DNA of 64,000 nt from Rhina ancylostomus (lineage: Eukaryota), in assembly GCA_030265395.1 (NCBI GenBank), contig JARFYF010000001.1:34426527-34490526 (forward strand). Direction: 5' to 3'. The notes beneath the pieces were generated by a model. The model was not told the DNA's origin. It searched no databases and saw only the letters and a program-made list of their open reading frames with translations. Within the stretch, counting starts at the first letter, position 1. Every line of letters starts with the position of its first letter. This document shows positions 12,438 to 26,529 of this stretch, piece after piece. The position numbers were made by a program, and so were the translations under genes.

Positions 12438-15400
12438 CTGCGAAAGACAAAATTTCAGTCTATTAGCAAACAGTGTTAGGAAAACTGTCTGACATGCAGT
12501 AGCATCAAGTGTTTGCACAGATTTACACTGCATCTCAAAGACCAAAGAGACCGCAGGGTTTTCACCATTAACAATAGCAGTTTAAGTATTCCTCGACTTA
12601 TTAGCTTAAGAATTCCTCTATAACCTTCCTCTATAGTTGATACTTTCTAAACACTATCCACTCTGAAAGTACGTAACACTTTGTGATGGAGGCTAAAATC
12701 AACTGAATCCAGTCAAGCCACTGGCTTCCATCCCTCGCCACAGGCTTGATGATTGGCAGGTACTTGGAGATGAAGGTCAGCAGCACAAGTACACAAACTA
12801 TGTGACCAAAACCCACTCCTGGTTGGAAAACAAGTTATTTCTCCTCAGGAGGGATTTAACAAAGGAATATAATATTTTTATGGCAACCTTTTTCAACTTG
12901 TGTCTTCTACTGCTGGGGACAACCTGTTTTTAAATTACATCTAACTTTAAATTATTCTGTGCTTGCACAATCTTTTAATTGGGTTTTGTGATAAATATAT
13001 ATTAAGAAACTGTCATACAAATATTAGAAAAAAGCTGTCAATAAATCTCATTCCATCACATTTATAATATCTAAAAGTATTGCAAATTCATTCATGGTGA
13101 TTTTTCAGTATGAAGTAATGTTATGTTTGCCATCTTAATTTACAAAAACTAAACTAATGATCCCATCTCACAGCAGAGCCCGGTACTCAAAAGCAATCAG
13201 AGGCACTAGAGTTGCTGGTCACTTCTTAATGCAGTTTCCGTTTTCTTTCTAATATAAAACATGAGACACAGCTGACATATCACTGCTAGGATACCTTTCT
13301 GATTTTATACCGAACACCTAGTTAGCGTGGTATAATGCACCCTGTGCAGAACAATATGACACAGACATTTCAGGTCATTCTATAATCCAACTCTCATCTG
13401 AGTGGTCTGAGACAGTTTCAAATCTGCTTCACAGAGTGCAGCAAAGCAATCTTCCAGGCAGCGCTCCATCGCTTTCATCACACAAAGCCTACAACTCGGC
13501 ATGAATTACAACTGGCCCTTTTGCTTCTTAGTCCTGTTGTCGAAGCTCTGAAAAAACAAGCGTCACTTGTCTGCCAGTCCTCTTTCTTTAGCAGCCTTCA
13601 GGGTACAAAAGGCACTGGGCAACATAATCCTGCCATTTTCACACAAACTCAAAACACTATGAAGCTGAGCAGCGATATTTAAGGTTGCATGAGATCCCCG
13701 GCACAACATGCAATAATGTTATACTTCATTCCCATAAATCCACAGACTCCCCTGAAAGTGTCATCTAACTCTGTCCCAAGTCTTACCTGAGCATGGCACA
13801 CGTTACTGTTTTGCTGCAGCTGCATCAACAGGCTCCCTTAATCTCGATCATATTACTAAAAGTGATTTTTCCACAAACAGTCCAGTGCCCTCTGGCACAG
13901 ATTCTGTGATAAGGGGAAGGCCCAGTTGAATTGAAGCATCTGTGGCACTGCTCCACTCTGAATTATTACTGTCTTTTCTTTACGGCTCCCACCCCCTCCT
14001 CTTCTCCTCCCCCTCTTTAGCTGTTCACAGCCTGGATGAGGCATCAGATGCGGCTGCTGTAGCCTTGCTCTACTAAACAAATGCAACATACTGTTTGCCT
14101 GGTAACAGAACAGCATGTCGATTCCCATCTGACACCCTCTCCGGCATTAGCAAACCGCTGCACCAGACACTGGGAGCTAATTAACAGGATGATGCTTTGT
14201 TAATTGTGTTAATTTACTGGGTTTAATTCAAAGAAAACCACAATATAGTTGGCACCCTTGTTACGCTTCCAACTTAGCACTGAAGAAATGTACGAAAATG
14301 CAAAGACTGAATATGCACGGTGGCTGAAAAATGCCGGGATGAGTAAGGATGGGAAAAAGTCCAGCATTTCATTGCAGCAAGGTCAAGACAATATCACAAC
14401 CACCCACTGAAGTTAAAAAGATATAAACATCATGAAAATAAAACTTCTATAATTGAACTTATACATATAACCAGATTTATTAAAAGGAACATAACCGGTG
14501 TGATTCTGTGATTAGTTTGTTTTTGAAGCTTGGGAATTAGTTAAAAATTATTTGATTACCAACTCATCACGAACTTGACACAATAACCAGTTTAAATGTC
14601 AGTGATTTTGCGATAAAATAATTAATCAGCATTACTCTTTGGACCTTAATGTGCAACTGCCATGGGAGGAAGCTTTTCTTCCAAGATATGAATAAGCAGA
14701 GTATCCGGAACTTCAGCTTCAATTTTGTCAAAATCCCTTGCACTTTCTCTGCAATTAGTGCTTGTAATTAAATAATTAGAAACAGCCACAGTTCACTATT
14801 AGTCATGATGCCCGACGAAATTTACTTTGTGATTCTTAAGGTGCATGTCTCTAAATTGATTGTCATTTTCGTTCTTGGACTAATAGACTTCTTTAAGATT
14901 AATTATCAATATTTAGCAGAATGGTGATTACTTTGTTGTGTGTTTAGACTTTTTTAAAATATAAACTACAGGAATTAATGGCATTAATGTACTTTGCTAA
15001 CAACATTAAAATTAAATATGAAGACACACTGCCCACTTCATCCATGATTTTAACGAAGAATAATGTAACAGAGGAACTTGCTCTCTAAGGCTAATAGATT
15101 CCAATTTAAATTCAGGCAGAAGAGCATTCCTTTTAAATCACACTTTCACACCTTGCATTTGCAGATTATATTACATCTTGTGGCAAATTACTTTTTTCCC
15201 ATTTCATTTGCATGAGGAGGCACCTACCACAATCTCAAAAGTCTTTTCTCCAGCAGTGTATGTTTATAGCAGGTACAGATGCAACCTCACAACATCAAAT
15301 GCTAAATAAAATGGAAACAGAAAATTAAAATGAAGCACAATGACTGACTTGAAGTCATTCAACCATAGCTTGAACTGTGGCTGACAGGCTCTGCCCATTC

Positions 15401-18400
15401 TCTGTGGATATGGACAAAATGTAACTGTTTGCAAGTCTAGCTTCACTGCAAACATTTCAAGTTATGGACACAAGTATTACCCATGTGCAAAATTCTCTCC
15501 TCCACATCAGTGCTACCAGAAACATTTAAACAAACAAAAGGGTAGACAAGTGGTCCATAGTGGAGGGACTGGTGGATTATTAATTTAGTGTTGGCTCTAT
15601 TCTTGTCGTGTGCATACTCCCAAATCATCCCAAGACAGTCAACTGTTGAAATTGATTTCAGAGCTTCTGGCAGCATTAAAGCAGCTTCACAGTTCATGTA
15701 AAAGGATCCAGAACTAACGACTCATGTTGTGCTGTCTTCTGCACAAGAGGACCAAAGTTCATTCTGTGGCAGAAAAGGCTGAGGCTCATTGTCAGTGAAG
15801 GAACCCTAGTTATTGGTGGGTGGGGAAGATGGTGTTGGGTGGGGGTGGAAACCGCTGCCCGAGTGAAACATCCAATCTTGAATTCGAAAAAAACCTGTCA
15901 CCTCCATGTGCACCAGTCAACAGTAACAGTTGTTTGTTCTTATTGCCTTAAACCACTGAGATCCCTTTCACAGTATATCCCCAGTAATATCAAACACACT
16001 TGCACGCAAGAGAGAGAAAAAAAAAATCACACTTAGGTTGTTGGTTTAGAAGGGAACTGGGTGGAAAGTCCACAGCACCATTTTTTGCCACAGTTTGATT
16101 ACACAACATCCCAATAATGAAATAGTTTCTGACTGGCTCGAGGGCCTCGGCTCACATTCCACTGATTAGCACCTCAAAAGACTCACAAAGAATGCACTTT
16201 TGTATAATTTAACAGCGCTTGGTGGTCGAGCCTTCTGCACAATGATAAAAACCTACAACATTTTACAGCACATTCTTTATGCTTTGTAAATGTCAATCTC
16301 CAGTAAAGCATGCAAAAAATTGCCACATGAAGTTTGTTTTTTTTAAAAGAAAATCTCCTTCATAGAGATGGGTCATAAGATTTTCCTGTATTCTGATAAG
16401 CAATGTTCAGAATTATTTTTTAAACATGATTAACAAGTCTTTTTCTTGAAAACTCAAAGTAATATTTTCACCACCCAGACTCAGTGAGCAAACAATGCAA
16501 AGCTGACCTTATTTAGTACTATTAATCTCTGTATTCTTTGCCATTTTTAAGCAAACATGACTGCGTCTCCAGTATGTCCATCCAATTTCCCACCACGTAA
16601 ATTGGACTGCCGTTTGCACAATTCGCTATTCATTATGGAACAGCTGAAAGAAAACACAGAGGTGGCTGTTCTCATGATGCCTTGTAGCTGGATTCCACCA
16701 CATCAAAAAAGAATTTTATGCTAGGAGAGCACTGTAATTGAAATTCATTCTCATCAGACTCATTACTGCTTTCATCGATTTACAATACTAAAGATGCTTA
16801 TTAAGTAACTATGTTCAATAAACCACCATGTTAAAAAAAATCTGTAACAAGTTTGTAACAGCCAATTTTCACCATGATTATAAATGTTAAGCTGCTTTGT
16901 AACCGGCAGATTGCAAAATAGTCCTGACATCAAACTGAAGTTTCATTGTCTAGGGTTGAGTTCTGATGTTCTATATTGCTCAATATAGAAGGCTCACTTT
17001 TTTTGTTTAAAATTGAGTTAATTGAGAATACTGAAAACAATTAAAAATATTTTACAGCACTATTATAGACAGAATTCAATGCAATTATTACTGTTAAGTG
17101 CACACTAAAAATACAATCTGCTGCTGTCTGAAACCAGTAGCCAACTGAACGTATAAACATCTCAACTGACCATCAACTTGCAAATGTTATAAGCAGACAA
17201 TAGTGATAATTGTGTTTTGTTAAATATTTACACTCTACACAAAAAAAACTACTGTCTCAAGTATAATAGCCAGCTCCCAGCCTCTTTCCCACCAGTTGGG
17301 AAGGTTGCATTTTACATTGTGGAGCTTGTGAGTGAAGTCTCTTGGAAGTGAGGGATAGATATGACAGTGCCTCTGGTTCAGCTATTAATTTAAATATTAT
17401 AAAACAATTTAGCACAAGTAATACCAAAGCCACACAGAACCATATTTGGCTTAAATATTATCAAGTCCTTTATTTAGCTATATTATCCACTTTCAGCGCT
17501 ATTTCAATAATCTGCATTGAAAATGATAAAACATCAAAACTACTGATTGCCAAGTTTAGGGAGGAAATTGCTCGATTNNNNNNNNNNNNNNNNNNNNNNN
17601 NNNNNNNNNNNNNNNNNNNNNNNNNNNNNNNNNNNNNNNNNNNNNNNNNNNNNNNNNNNNNNNNNNNNNNNNNNNNNTTCCATCCTCAGTTACTTCTTTC
17701 GCAAAAAGCAACACTTACAAAGCACTGTACTCAGTGAGATTTTGTGTCAGGTGTAAACTCTCCAAATGGAGGTCAAGATCCATAATCACAAGCATTTCTG
17801 CTGCGTGCATTGTTTGGCGAGATTGCAATGCCCCAAAACGTGTAGCCTTCTTGTATGCTAAAGCTGCGAATACATCGCAAGGAGGCCAGTAAGTAATCAA
17901 ACACAGCAGGGTAAAGACTCAGAACAAAAGAAAAAATTAAAACAAAAAAAAATCAGATTGCGTGGTTGCACAAGGCAGTCTCAATATCACATGAAGGCTA
18001 GCACATTGTTGGTGTATTGTGGAATCATATTCACACTAATAACTCTGGCAGATACAGCTCACCATAGGTGCTGCTAATAAATCCACCATCATAGGCAGCA
18101 GTCTGATGACCTCACGTTATCACATTGGCATCTCATGCTGCCTTGAAACATGCAGTATAGATCAAAGAAAGATTGTGTTGTGAAGCACTGACATTGCAAG
18201 TTGCAATGCAGCAAAGAACCTGCGGTTATTAATAAAATTAAGGAATTAGCTGGAAGGAGAACAGCAGTTTGTGGAGAATGAGAAAAACGAAAGAAGTGAT
18301 TAAAATGAATGAAACTGTAAGGATGTTTATTTGCTATTTCTGGAAGTTTGGAATTCTTACGCTTCTCTGGATGTTGGTAGCATCCACTGCTTTACCCAAA

Positions 18401-19128
18401 CAGCTACTGTTGATGTGGGAGCATTTACTGAAAATTTCACAAGCCATTCATAGAAGGCACCACAGCTAAAACTAAACCCGCTCTCAATTTGCATTTTACA
18501 GTGCTCTTCAGCAACGATTTGGAACCCTGGCTGATTTCTTTTCCCCTAATTCAAGATATTGAAAACCAGTAACAGTATTTTAATATTACTATCGACAAGA
18601 TTAGTTAATTCAGCACAAATTAGGAGATATTAAGAAGAGTTACCAGAATTTGGTAAACAAAGTAAGAGAAGGGAGGCTTGGGGTAAAGCAAGGAGATAGG
18701 AGGCTTAGGGAAAAGAATCTGGAGTTAAGCTGCTCAGGGCATTTCAGTGAATGGTGGGGCAATTAGAGAAGGATGAACAAATTGCCAGTCACAAAGGAAG
18801 TCTTTATGTAGATTGTTCATCTGAAGTTTGGAGAGATACAGTGCGGCAAGGTCATTGAAGAATTCAAAATGTATGAGACTTCATATTTGACATTTAGCAT
18901 GGTCAGTACTCAAAGCAGGTCAGCAAGTCTGAGAATGATGAGCAAGTGGGATGGGACAAGCTTGAGAACTAAAGCTTATGAAGGTTAGTGAATGAGGTCC
19001 AACCAAGAAAGCAGTGGAGGAAGAAGAGGGCTGGAGAAGGATTGGAGCTGATGTCCAGGATATGAATGCATATGATTTTTAACTCCAGGCACCAAAATTG
19101 TAGACAGACTAATTCTGCCCAAGTCAGT

Positions 19129-19394
19129 ATTTGCATTCGGTGCTCCAAGTGTGGCCTCCTCTACATTGGTTAGACCAAATGCAGACTAAGTGACTGTTTT
19201 GCAGAATACCTGTCCATAACCATGACCTGCATTTCCCCGTTACCTGTCACTTCAAATCCCCCTCCCACACTATCACTGATATGTCAGTCCTCGGCCTCCT
19301 CCAATGTCAGGAGAATCCCAAGTGCAAACTGGAGGAACAGCACCTCATTTTCCATCTTGGAACCTTGCAGCCTAACGACATGAACATTGAATTC
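19129..19394 (+). mobile_element. Penelope-like element fragment, GIY-YIG endonuclease C-terminus (runs into a gap)
   Basis: Translates as CIRCSKCGLLYIG*TKCRLSDCFAEYL...MSVLGLLQC...KLEEQHLIFHLGTLQPNDMNIEF, with stop/frameshift decay. Confidence 0.85.
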
Positions 19395-19974
19395 NNNNNN
19401 NNNNNNNNNNNNNNNNNNNNNNNNNNNNNNNNNNNNNNNNNNNNNNNNNNNNNNNNNNNNNNNNNNNNNNNNNNNNNNNNNNNNNNNNNNNNNNNNNNNN
19501 NNNNNNNNNNNNNNNNNNNNNNNNNNNNNNNNNNNNNNNNNNNNNNNNNNNNNNNNNNNNNNNNNNNNNNNNNNNNNNNNNNNNNNNNNNNNNNNNNNNN
19601 NNNNNNNNNNNNNNNNNNNNNNNNNNNNNNNNNNNNNNNNNNNNNNNNNNNNNNNNNNNNNNNNNNNNNNNNNNNNNNNNNNNNNNNNNNNNNNNNNNNN
19701 NNNNNNNNNNNNNNNNNNNNNNNNNNNNNNNNNNNNNNNNNNNNNNNNNNNNNNNNNNNNNNNNNNNNNNNNNNNNNNNNNNNNNNNNNNNNNNNNNNNN
19801 NNNNNNNNNNNNNNNNNNNNNNNNNNNNNNNNNNNNNNNNNNNNNNNNNNNNNNNNNNNNNNNNNNNNNNNNNNNNNNNNNNNNNNNNNNNNNNNNNNNN
19901 NNNNNNNNNNNNNNNNNNNNNNNNNNNNNNNNNNNNNNNNNNNNNNNNNNNNNNNNNNTCCAGAGATATGGAAT

Positions 19975-20210
19975 TGAACTTATGTTGAATTTGAACTTGT
20001 GCCTTTGGGTGATGTTCCTGGGGACCAGCACATAGGACAGGATCATGGATTGATCCTTGGGGGTGGGGGGGGGGGGGAAGGGAGAAATAATTGTAGAAAT
20101 ACACCCATGTCAGTCAAACAAAGGTGAGCAATGTCAATAAACTGGACAAGCGAAAAAAATTATTTGAGGTGTGGTCAATTGTGTCAAAGACCATAGAGTG
20201 TGTGAGAGAC
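19975..20210 (-). mobile_element. Old L2-like LINE reverse-transcriptase remnant
   Basis: Residual motifs VFDTIDH (~20165-20185) and PQGS (~20052-20062) on the minus strand, in RT order. Confidence 0.5.
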
Positions 20211-20369
20211 AACGAAAGTTAATGCACCATGGTCTCAGTTGCATGGAATGTTATTTGTGATTTAAATTAGTGACATTTTAGCATTGTAAGAGAGACCAAA
20301 AGGTATTCAAAATAATTCACATGATCGCTTGAATCTGATTTTACTAAATGTTATGAAAGGCCAATGACC

Positions 20370-20432
20370 CAAAAGGCTAATTCTGCTTCTGTTGCCTGAC
20401 CTGCTGAGAATTCCAGGATTTTGTTTTTATTT
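20370..20432 (+). mobile_element. Penelope-derived terminal repeat remnant
   Basis: TGCCTGACCTGCTGAGAATTCCAGGATTTTGTTTTTATT is the same motif family as 31530, 35000 and 42250. Confidence 0.6.
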
Positions 20433-20497
20433 GACAAAATGTTGATAGACTTCAGAGGGAAAAGGTTACTTAATTTCTTGGGTCTTGGGCACCAATG

Positions 20498-20870
20498 GCA
20501 AGATTGAGAAAAGTATTGAGGCAATAATGCAACCTTGCTTGAGCCAGCCTGCACTGAGACAGGGTGTGCTGTGGACCTGTTGATTGGAATCAAGGCCTGT
20601 ATGCCATCACATAACAGATGCAAAATAGAAACAAATTTCTTTGGCATGGCCAGATACAAGGAGGATTCACCACAGGTCTTCTCATTGATGGAGTCAAAGG
20701 CTCTAGGAATTCAAGACAGGACACATGTGGCTGAAGCTGCTCCCTGCATTTCTTTTGTTGCATGGTGACTAATCATGTACACTTTGCCTCTAGTTGTTAG
20801 GAATCCACAGTTTGATTCAGAGAGCAGCTATTTGGCTACTGGGAGGAGGTGGTTGAGGTGGACCCTTGCA
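20498..20870 (-). mobile_element. RTE-clade LINE RT fragment (inverted 5' part of the adjacent copy)
   Basis: Decayed motifs LNHLLPVA..ESNCGF, KKFVSILHLLCDGIQA and KQGCIIASILFSI. Confidence 0.8.
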
Positions 20871-20896
20871 GGTGATCTCTCAAGACAGAAAACGGT

Positions 20897-21870
20897 CAGC
20901 TCTTCTCCAACAAGCTTCCCACTGGAGCCAATCTAAAGGACAAAAGGGAATTATTTCAGCCTACTTCGCTTCCACTCCACCCGAGTCATCGAGCAATATG
21001 CAGATCGTGCATGTGCATACACCCGTTTGGTGACTGGGCTCCAAATCCTCATTGATTGTTTAACTGAAGTGTATTGGATAATGGGCATTACACTCAAGTC
21101 CTACAAAGCACGTAGCCTACCAACCTGCCCCCATGTGCACCTTACTACCCTCTGACTCCAAAGGTTTCATGAGGAGATCCCGGAAAATATGAACTACTTT
21201 CCACTTCCCAGAAATGAAATTCATCACTGCCTCCAGTTTGCCAGCCGCTGTCTGAAGAACATTTAAAGATCAAAGCCTCAAAAACGGTGGTCAGACAGAA
21301 GTGGGCCTTATCCTCCTTTACTCTTCAGAGATTTAGATGACCAAAAGCTGGCACCTCAAAGCACTGGAAGGATATGCCGTTTCTGCAAGAATCTCCAAAT
21401 CCACGGTCAGGATAAGTAAACCAACATTAACATCCTTTTCCATGCCAGCTTTGAGGCCCTATTTAAATTCAGCTGGCTATGATGGACAGGCCAGATTGCT
21501 GTCATGCCCAGCACTAGATTTTTGAAACAGACTCTTAATGACAGGAGATTACCAGGGCAACAGAGGAGATCTGTCAAGGAGGCTCTCAAAGCCTCCCTGA
21601 CAAAGTGCAATAGGTCCAATGAACTTGTGGCAATCTCTGGCCCATAATTGCTCAAAATGGAAATGCAGGATGGCGCTAAAGACCCTTAAAAGATATTTGG
21701 AAGCCCAGTGAAAACAGCTGAAGCAGCACACCACCTTCTCATATCACACATCCACCTACCCCATCAAGCACCTTCTGCCCAACCTGCGGCAGAGTCTGTG
21801 GATTCCACATTGGCCTTATTACTTGTCTCAGAACCAAGTCCCCTCGACCCCAAGGGAGGAGGAGGAGGAG
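20897..21870 (+). mobile_element. RTE-clade LINE 3' portion
   Basis: QYAD-like motif at ~20992-21005, terminal CGRVCGFHIGL Zn-finger-like motif (~21784-21820) and a (GGA)n tail; homologous to 28900-30187. Confidence 0.8.
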
Positions 21871-24800
21871 GGGGACGATAATAGCAACACAGTATTTATT
21901 GGCAATGAGGCTCCACATGGCTGAGACAGCTTAGTCATTTTGTAAACCAGCTGGGTTTTACTAGAACTAGTCACCTTTCTTTATCATTTAATGCCTTGGG
22001 AATAACCAATAAATAATTCAGTTTATTGAATTTGATTTCATGACTTGGCAGAGTGGGATTTTACTCCAGAATCCGTGGGCCTCTATTCCAGCACTGGAAT
22101 CAGATGGCTGGTGTTATAGGTTAGACACGGGTGCATCAGTTTGCAAGGACAGAGCTCAAGGGTGGATTTTTGAAAAGAGAGATTTGATGACAGCAGTTCT
22201 GAAAAAAAAAGATTGTGCCCAAAAGGATGGAACAATTTACAATGTCCACCAGCAAGAAGACGAAAAGGGAAAATTCAAGAGTCAGAAGTTTATGTCAAAG
22301 GAAAAAGAGGTAGGTCTCGTGTTGAAGAGTGAATTGGGAATATGGATGNNNNNNNNNNNNNNNNNNNNNNNNNNNNNNNNNNNNNNNNNNNNNNNNNNNN
22401 NNNNNNNNNNNNNNNNNNNNNNNNNNNNNNNNNNNNNNNNNNNNNNNNNNNNNNNNNNNNNNNNNNNNNNNNNNNNNNNNNNNNNNNNNNNNNNNNNNNN
22501 NNNNNNNNNNNNNNNNNNNNNNNNNNNNNNNNNNNNNNNNNNNNNNNNNNNNNNNNNNNNNNNNNNNNNNNNNNNNNNNNNNNNNNNNNNNNNNNNNNNN
22601 NNNNNNNNNNNNNNNNNNNNNNNNNNNNNNNNNNNNNNNNNNNNNNNNNNNNNNNNNNNNNNNNNNNNNNNNNNNNNNNNNACAGAGAGGGGTAGGAGGG
22701 GTGGACAGTGAGGGAGAGGGAGAGGGGCAAATGTGAGTATCGGAGGAAAATTTGGTCATGAGAGCACAGGAAATGGAAAAGCAAAAGGTCTCTAAATGAA
22801 TGATGAAAACACCTGCAAGCCATCCTGCTTTACTTCTAGCTTATATCTATATTTTAATGTAGCAAAAGTGAATCGATTTCAATAATCACAAGCGATTACT
22901 GCAAGAATGACTACTGCTTTATCTAATGTTACCTTTTTGCCTCATTTCATCATATTAATGAACAACTTAGACATAAAAAAGATCAATTTTGTATCTGCAT
23001 GGAAGCCAAATGAAGACGTTTCTTGAAACACCTTAGTCTCCTTTCAAATATGTAATTTCCCAGGAACTTCTTCATGGTTGCCTCCACATAAAATAATTTT
23101 CTGATTTAATTTCATTTTATTTGCCTTAACCTGCAGTCGTCATAGGTACAATTTTCAATTTTTTCATTACACATCAACAACTTCATGTTGTATGCAACCA
23201 ATTACAAATGAAAGCAGATAAAAATAATGATTATGGTTGTGATAGTTGCATTGAATTAAACCACACATTTCAAATTCTGATCAACAAATTCCATGGTATG
23301 TTTCTACTGCGGAATTAGAGGGTATCAAAACAAGAATTTTCTTTTAAAAAATGTAAAGAAACTCTGAAACATTACTGTCAGTTTAAGGGCATCTGTTTCA
23401 GTCAATCGGATGGACACTTAGTCCACAACAAAATAATAATTATGGAAAAGTCTATTTAAAAATCTAAAATTCTTAGAAATGTAATTCCTTCCATTAGAAA
23501 AAGACAGAATATTCCATCATAATCAGCTGTAAATTACTTGAACACAAAACTAACAATTTCTAATCTTTTCTTCCTATTAAATGCACTAATCCCCTTCGCA
23601 ATAGCTTTCTGAAAAAAAAGTTTATCTGGATTCCTGTATTGCAGTGAGATCTGAACCACAGACTCTACAATTGGTCCATTTGAATGAAGCACGCTAATAT
23701 CCACAGTTTACTTGGTATTGGAGTTGATGGGTCTTATACAAATGGCAATGCACAGACACACTGGATAGCTCCTCACATTTACGTCCTACCACTAAAAAAA
23801 ATCCTCCTGTTAGCTTCATGATGTCAGGTTGAGCGGGTGGACAAAAACAATGACAAAATGTATTTTATAAAATAAACTGGTCCATCTTCCATGACATTGC
23901 ACTTAATAAGTCAAAACCAAGCATAGTCTTTAGGTGAATCAGATTTGAGGCTGGGGTTAACTGTACTTGGACATACAGACATAGTTCAGTCCTTATTTTA
24001 AAATCATACATTCTGTCTTACAAGAATTATTTGGCCGTAGATTACAATGGAAGCTGATTCTAAGCACCAGCCATACAATATGCACACCCTAAAAATAAAT
24101 CCTTTTAGAATGAGGGAAGCTGCCAGTCTGCCTTTCACTCTGGTTCCTTCTTTCTCCCTGCCTTTCCCCTCTGTCCCATTAGTATTAGGTTAGAATCCTT
24201 ACCTTACAGGTGGGGCATAATTAGCATTGAACTTACCGACAAGGAAATACAGGTAAGACAAGTATATGTCTTCAGAATACTTAGAAGACTGAAATAACAT
24301 TAAATGAAGACACACAAGTTTTCATCTCTTTATTTCCTTTTCTCCTTTCTATGTCACCTTACTCTCTGACCCTGGTCCCTGCTCTTTTTTTCACTTGCTA
24401 AAGTTCATAAAACAAAGGTTACAATAGTTGTGTAATCAGACACCATCACTGTTCTCACTGTATCACACCTACAACTTCAAATTGTTCTTCAGCTTAGTTT
24501 GAAGATACTTACACAGGATTGAGCAGTAACCATCTTCTTTGGCAGTTTAGTGGATAGGATGTTTCAAATCCTCAGGCAAAAAGTGGAAGTTCACAGGCAC
24601 GAGCCTAGTACATTTTAAATCATTGTTGCATACAAGAAGATTGCACTAATATACTTCATGATACACTTGCTCAGAATTTGCTGGAGCAGAGCATTTTACG
24701 GATACATCTAATAATCATGTTTTTTACTCCCCCCTCATACTTTCTAACAAGCAAATTCTTTCTGCTTGAACGTGCTGAAGTGTGAGCTGACAACAGGGCA

Positions 24801-25689
24801 TCTGGGACCTTGGCGAACCATGGCATCAACAGTTTATCTTGTTAATCAATTAAGGATTGCAAAAGAAACTGAGTAAGGATAGGGCAGGAAATAGAACCAG
24901 GTACAGAAAGATACATAGAGAGAGGGTAGAAGGTTAGAAGGTCTGGATTAAGAGACAGGGAGATAAAAGAGACAGAAGCAAAAAGAAAACAAATAAAATG
25001 CAAATCTCTCAGAACAGGTTACCAGCTGCAGGAATAAAACTGCACATACATTTGCTTCCTTTCCGAGATGGAGGTTGAGTGGGAATGGAGAAACAAATCT
25101 CTTAATTAAAAGAACACTTAAAGCTGTTAACTAACCAGTCCTGGTTTTCTTTGGCAAGTTTAATCGTTAAAGAATGTGCAAATACAATAATTCCTTTTAA
25201 ACTCACAGTAAGGTTTAGGGCAAGCTGCTGTTTCAGTGAGTCCAACAACAGAGGACCTCAACTCCTCCAGTAATTTGTAATAACTCACAACTCAGGGGTA
25301 TGGGGTATGTCTCCCTCACCACAAATTACAACTTAATTTCCACATTAATAATGGGAAACCATATTAAACTCATCATTTGCCCAGTAAATTCTGTCCCCCT
25401 TTGATAACCTGTCTTTAATCATGTAATATAAATTCAGAATACCTCTTGGATTTGAGACGGCAGTCTTTACACATCATATCCTTATAATATCAACTAGCAT
25501 CAGGAGAGCAACTCTATTCTTCAAAACTGAAAACTCCCATCAAATGTTGATACAAACAGAACATAAGAGTAGAAATAAAATTCCGTGCTTCTTCTCTCTT
25601 AGGGTCATCCTGTAATCCCTAAATTTGCCCTTGTTGGCAGCGGTTGGGGAAGACCCTATATCCAAAGAACGCAAGCATTGGGATGTGAG

Positions 25690-25870
25690 GAATTAGGAGG
25701 AGAGAAAAGGTGGTGGAGGGAGAAGATGAGTGGTGGATGAAGGACGATAAAGGAAGGTGAGAGAAAGGGTGGGGGAGCAAGGTGGGGGAGCAAGGTGGGA
25801 GAGAAGGCAAGGTGCTGAGAATAATGGAGGGAATGAGGGAAAGGAGGTTAGGAGAGCAGGGAAGAGAAAA
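25690..25870. repeat. Purine-rich low-complexity tract with GGTGGGGGAGCAA tandem units
   Basis: GGTGGGGGAGCAA twice plus a partial copy at 25768-25800, within an A/G-dominated stretch. Confidence 0.7.
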
Positions 25871-25959
25871 GCCGAGGCTGCTGTGTTAAAGCACGTATAT
25901 TCTGTGTCTATTGGTGTGTGTGAAACGAAGCACATGTGCAAGGTGTGTCTGCGTGCAGC

Positions 25960-26473
25960 TGCTGATACTTATAGTCTTGTAATCAGAAGTTGCTTACTTG
26001 GCTTCAGGTGCCTACCTGTGGCCATTCACCAATCTCCTGACCCCACCCTAGGCTTTTCACTCCAGCATCTGGCTCTCTTTGCTGGGCTCCCCAATGATTG
26101 AGCTCATCACGCCAGTGAAATCTCCCAGCCCTTGCGTTGGTGGATGGCCCCCACCATCGGTGATCCAAGCGCTCCCAACAAGAGTCAAAAGACCTGGATT
26201 GCAGAATGGTAGAGGCACATTGATGTCTTCTGATGTACAAAGCTGTAGTTTCACACCCGCCCAACCCCCACCCCAACATGGCTTCAGCCTCTTCAATGCT
26301 TTTGATCTCCTACCAATTACAACCATCTTGCTCCTCCAGCTTTGCTGAAACTGCAGTGTAATTAGTTGCAGGACACCCAAAAGTACAGATTGGCTGGAGG
26401 CATGCCAGACAAAACAGCATAATCTCAAAAGCATGAGTACCCATCAGAAGCTGTTTGGGGGGCATTGAAAGAT

Positions 26474-26529
<56 letters not shown>

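Noticed and set aside
12438-12450. MSFA N-terminus of the 764-aa ORF
   Set aside because: The TTG start lies in the intron's pyrimidine tract and acceptor; the real N-terminus comes from 60759-60783.
10871-12492. Several antisense or alternate-frame ORFs over the FIGN exon (up to 179 aa)
   Set aside because: Shadows of a GC-rich coding exon with no recognisable protein features.
19281-22823. Long ORFs of 115-265 aa containing X runs
   Set aside because: They are open only because they cross N gaps.
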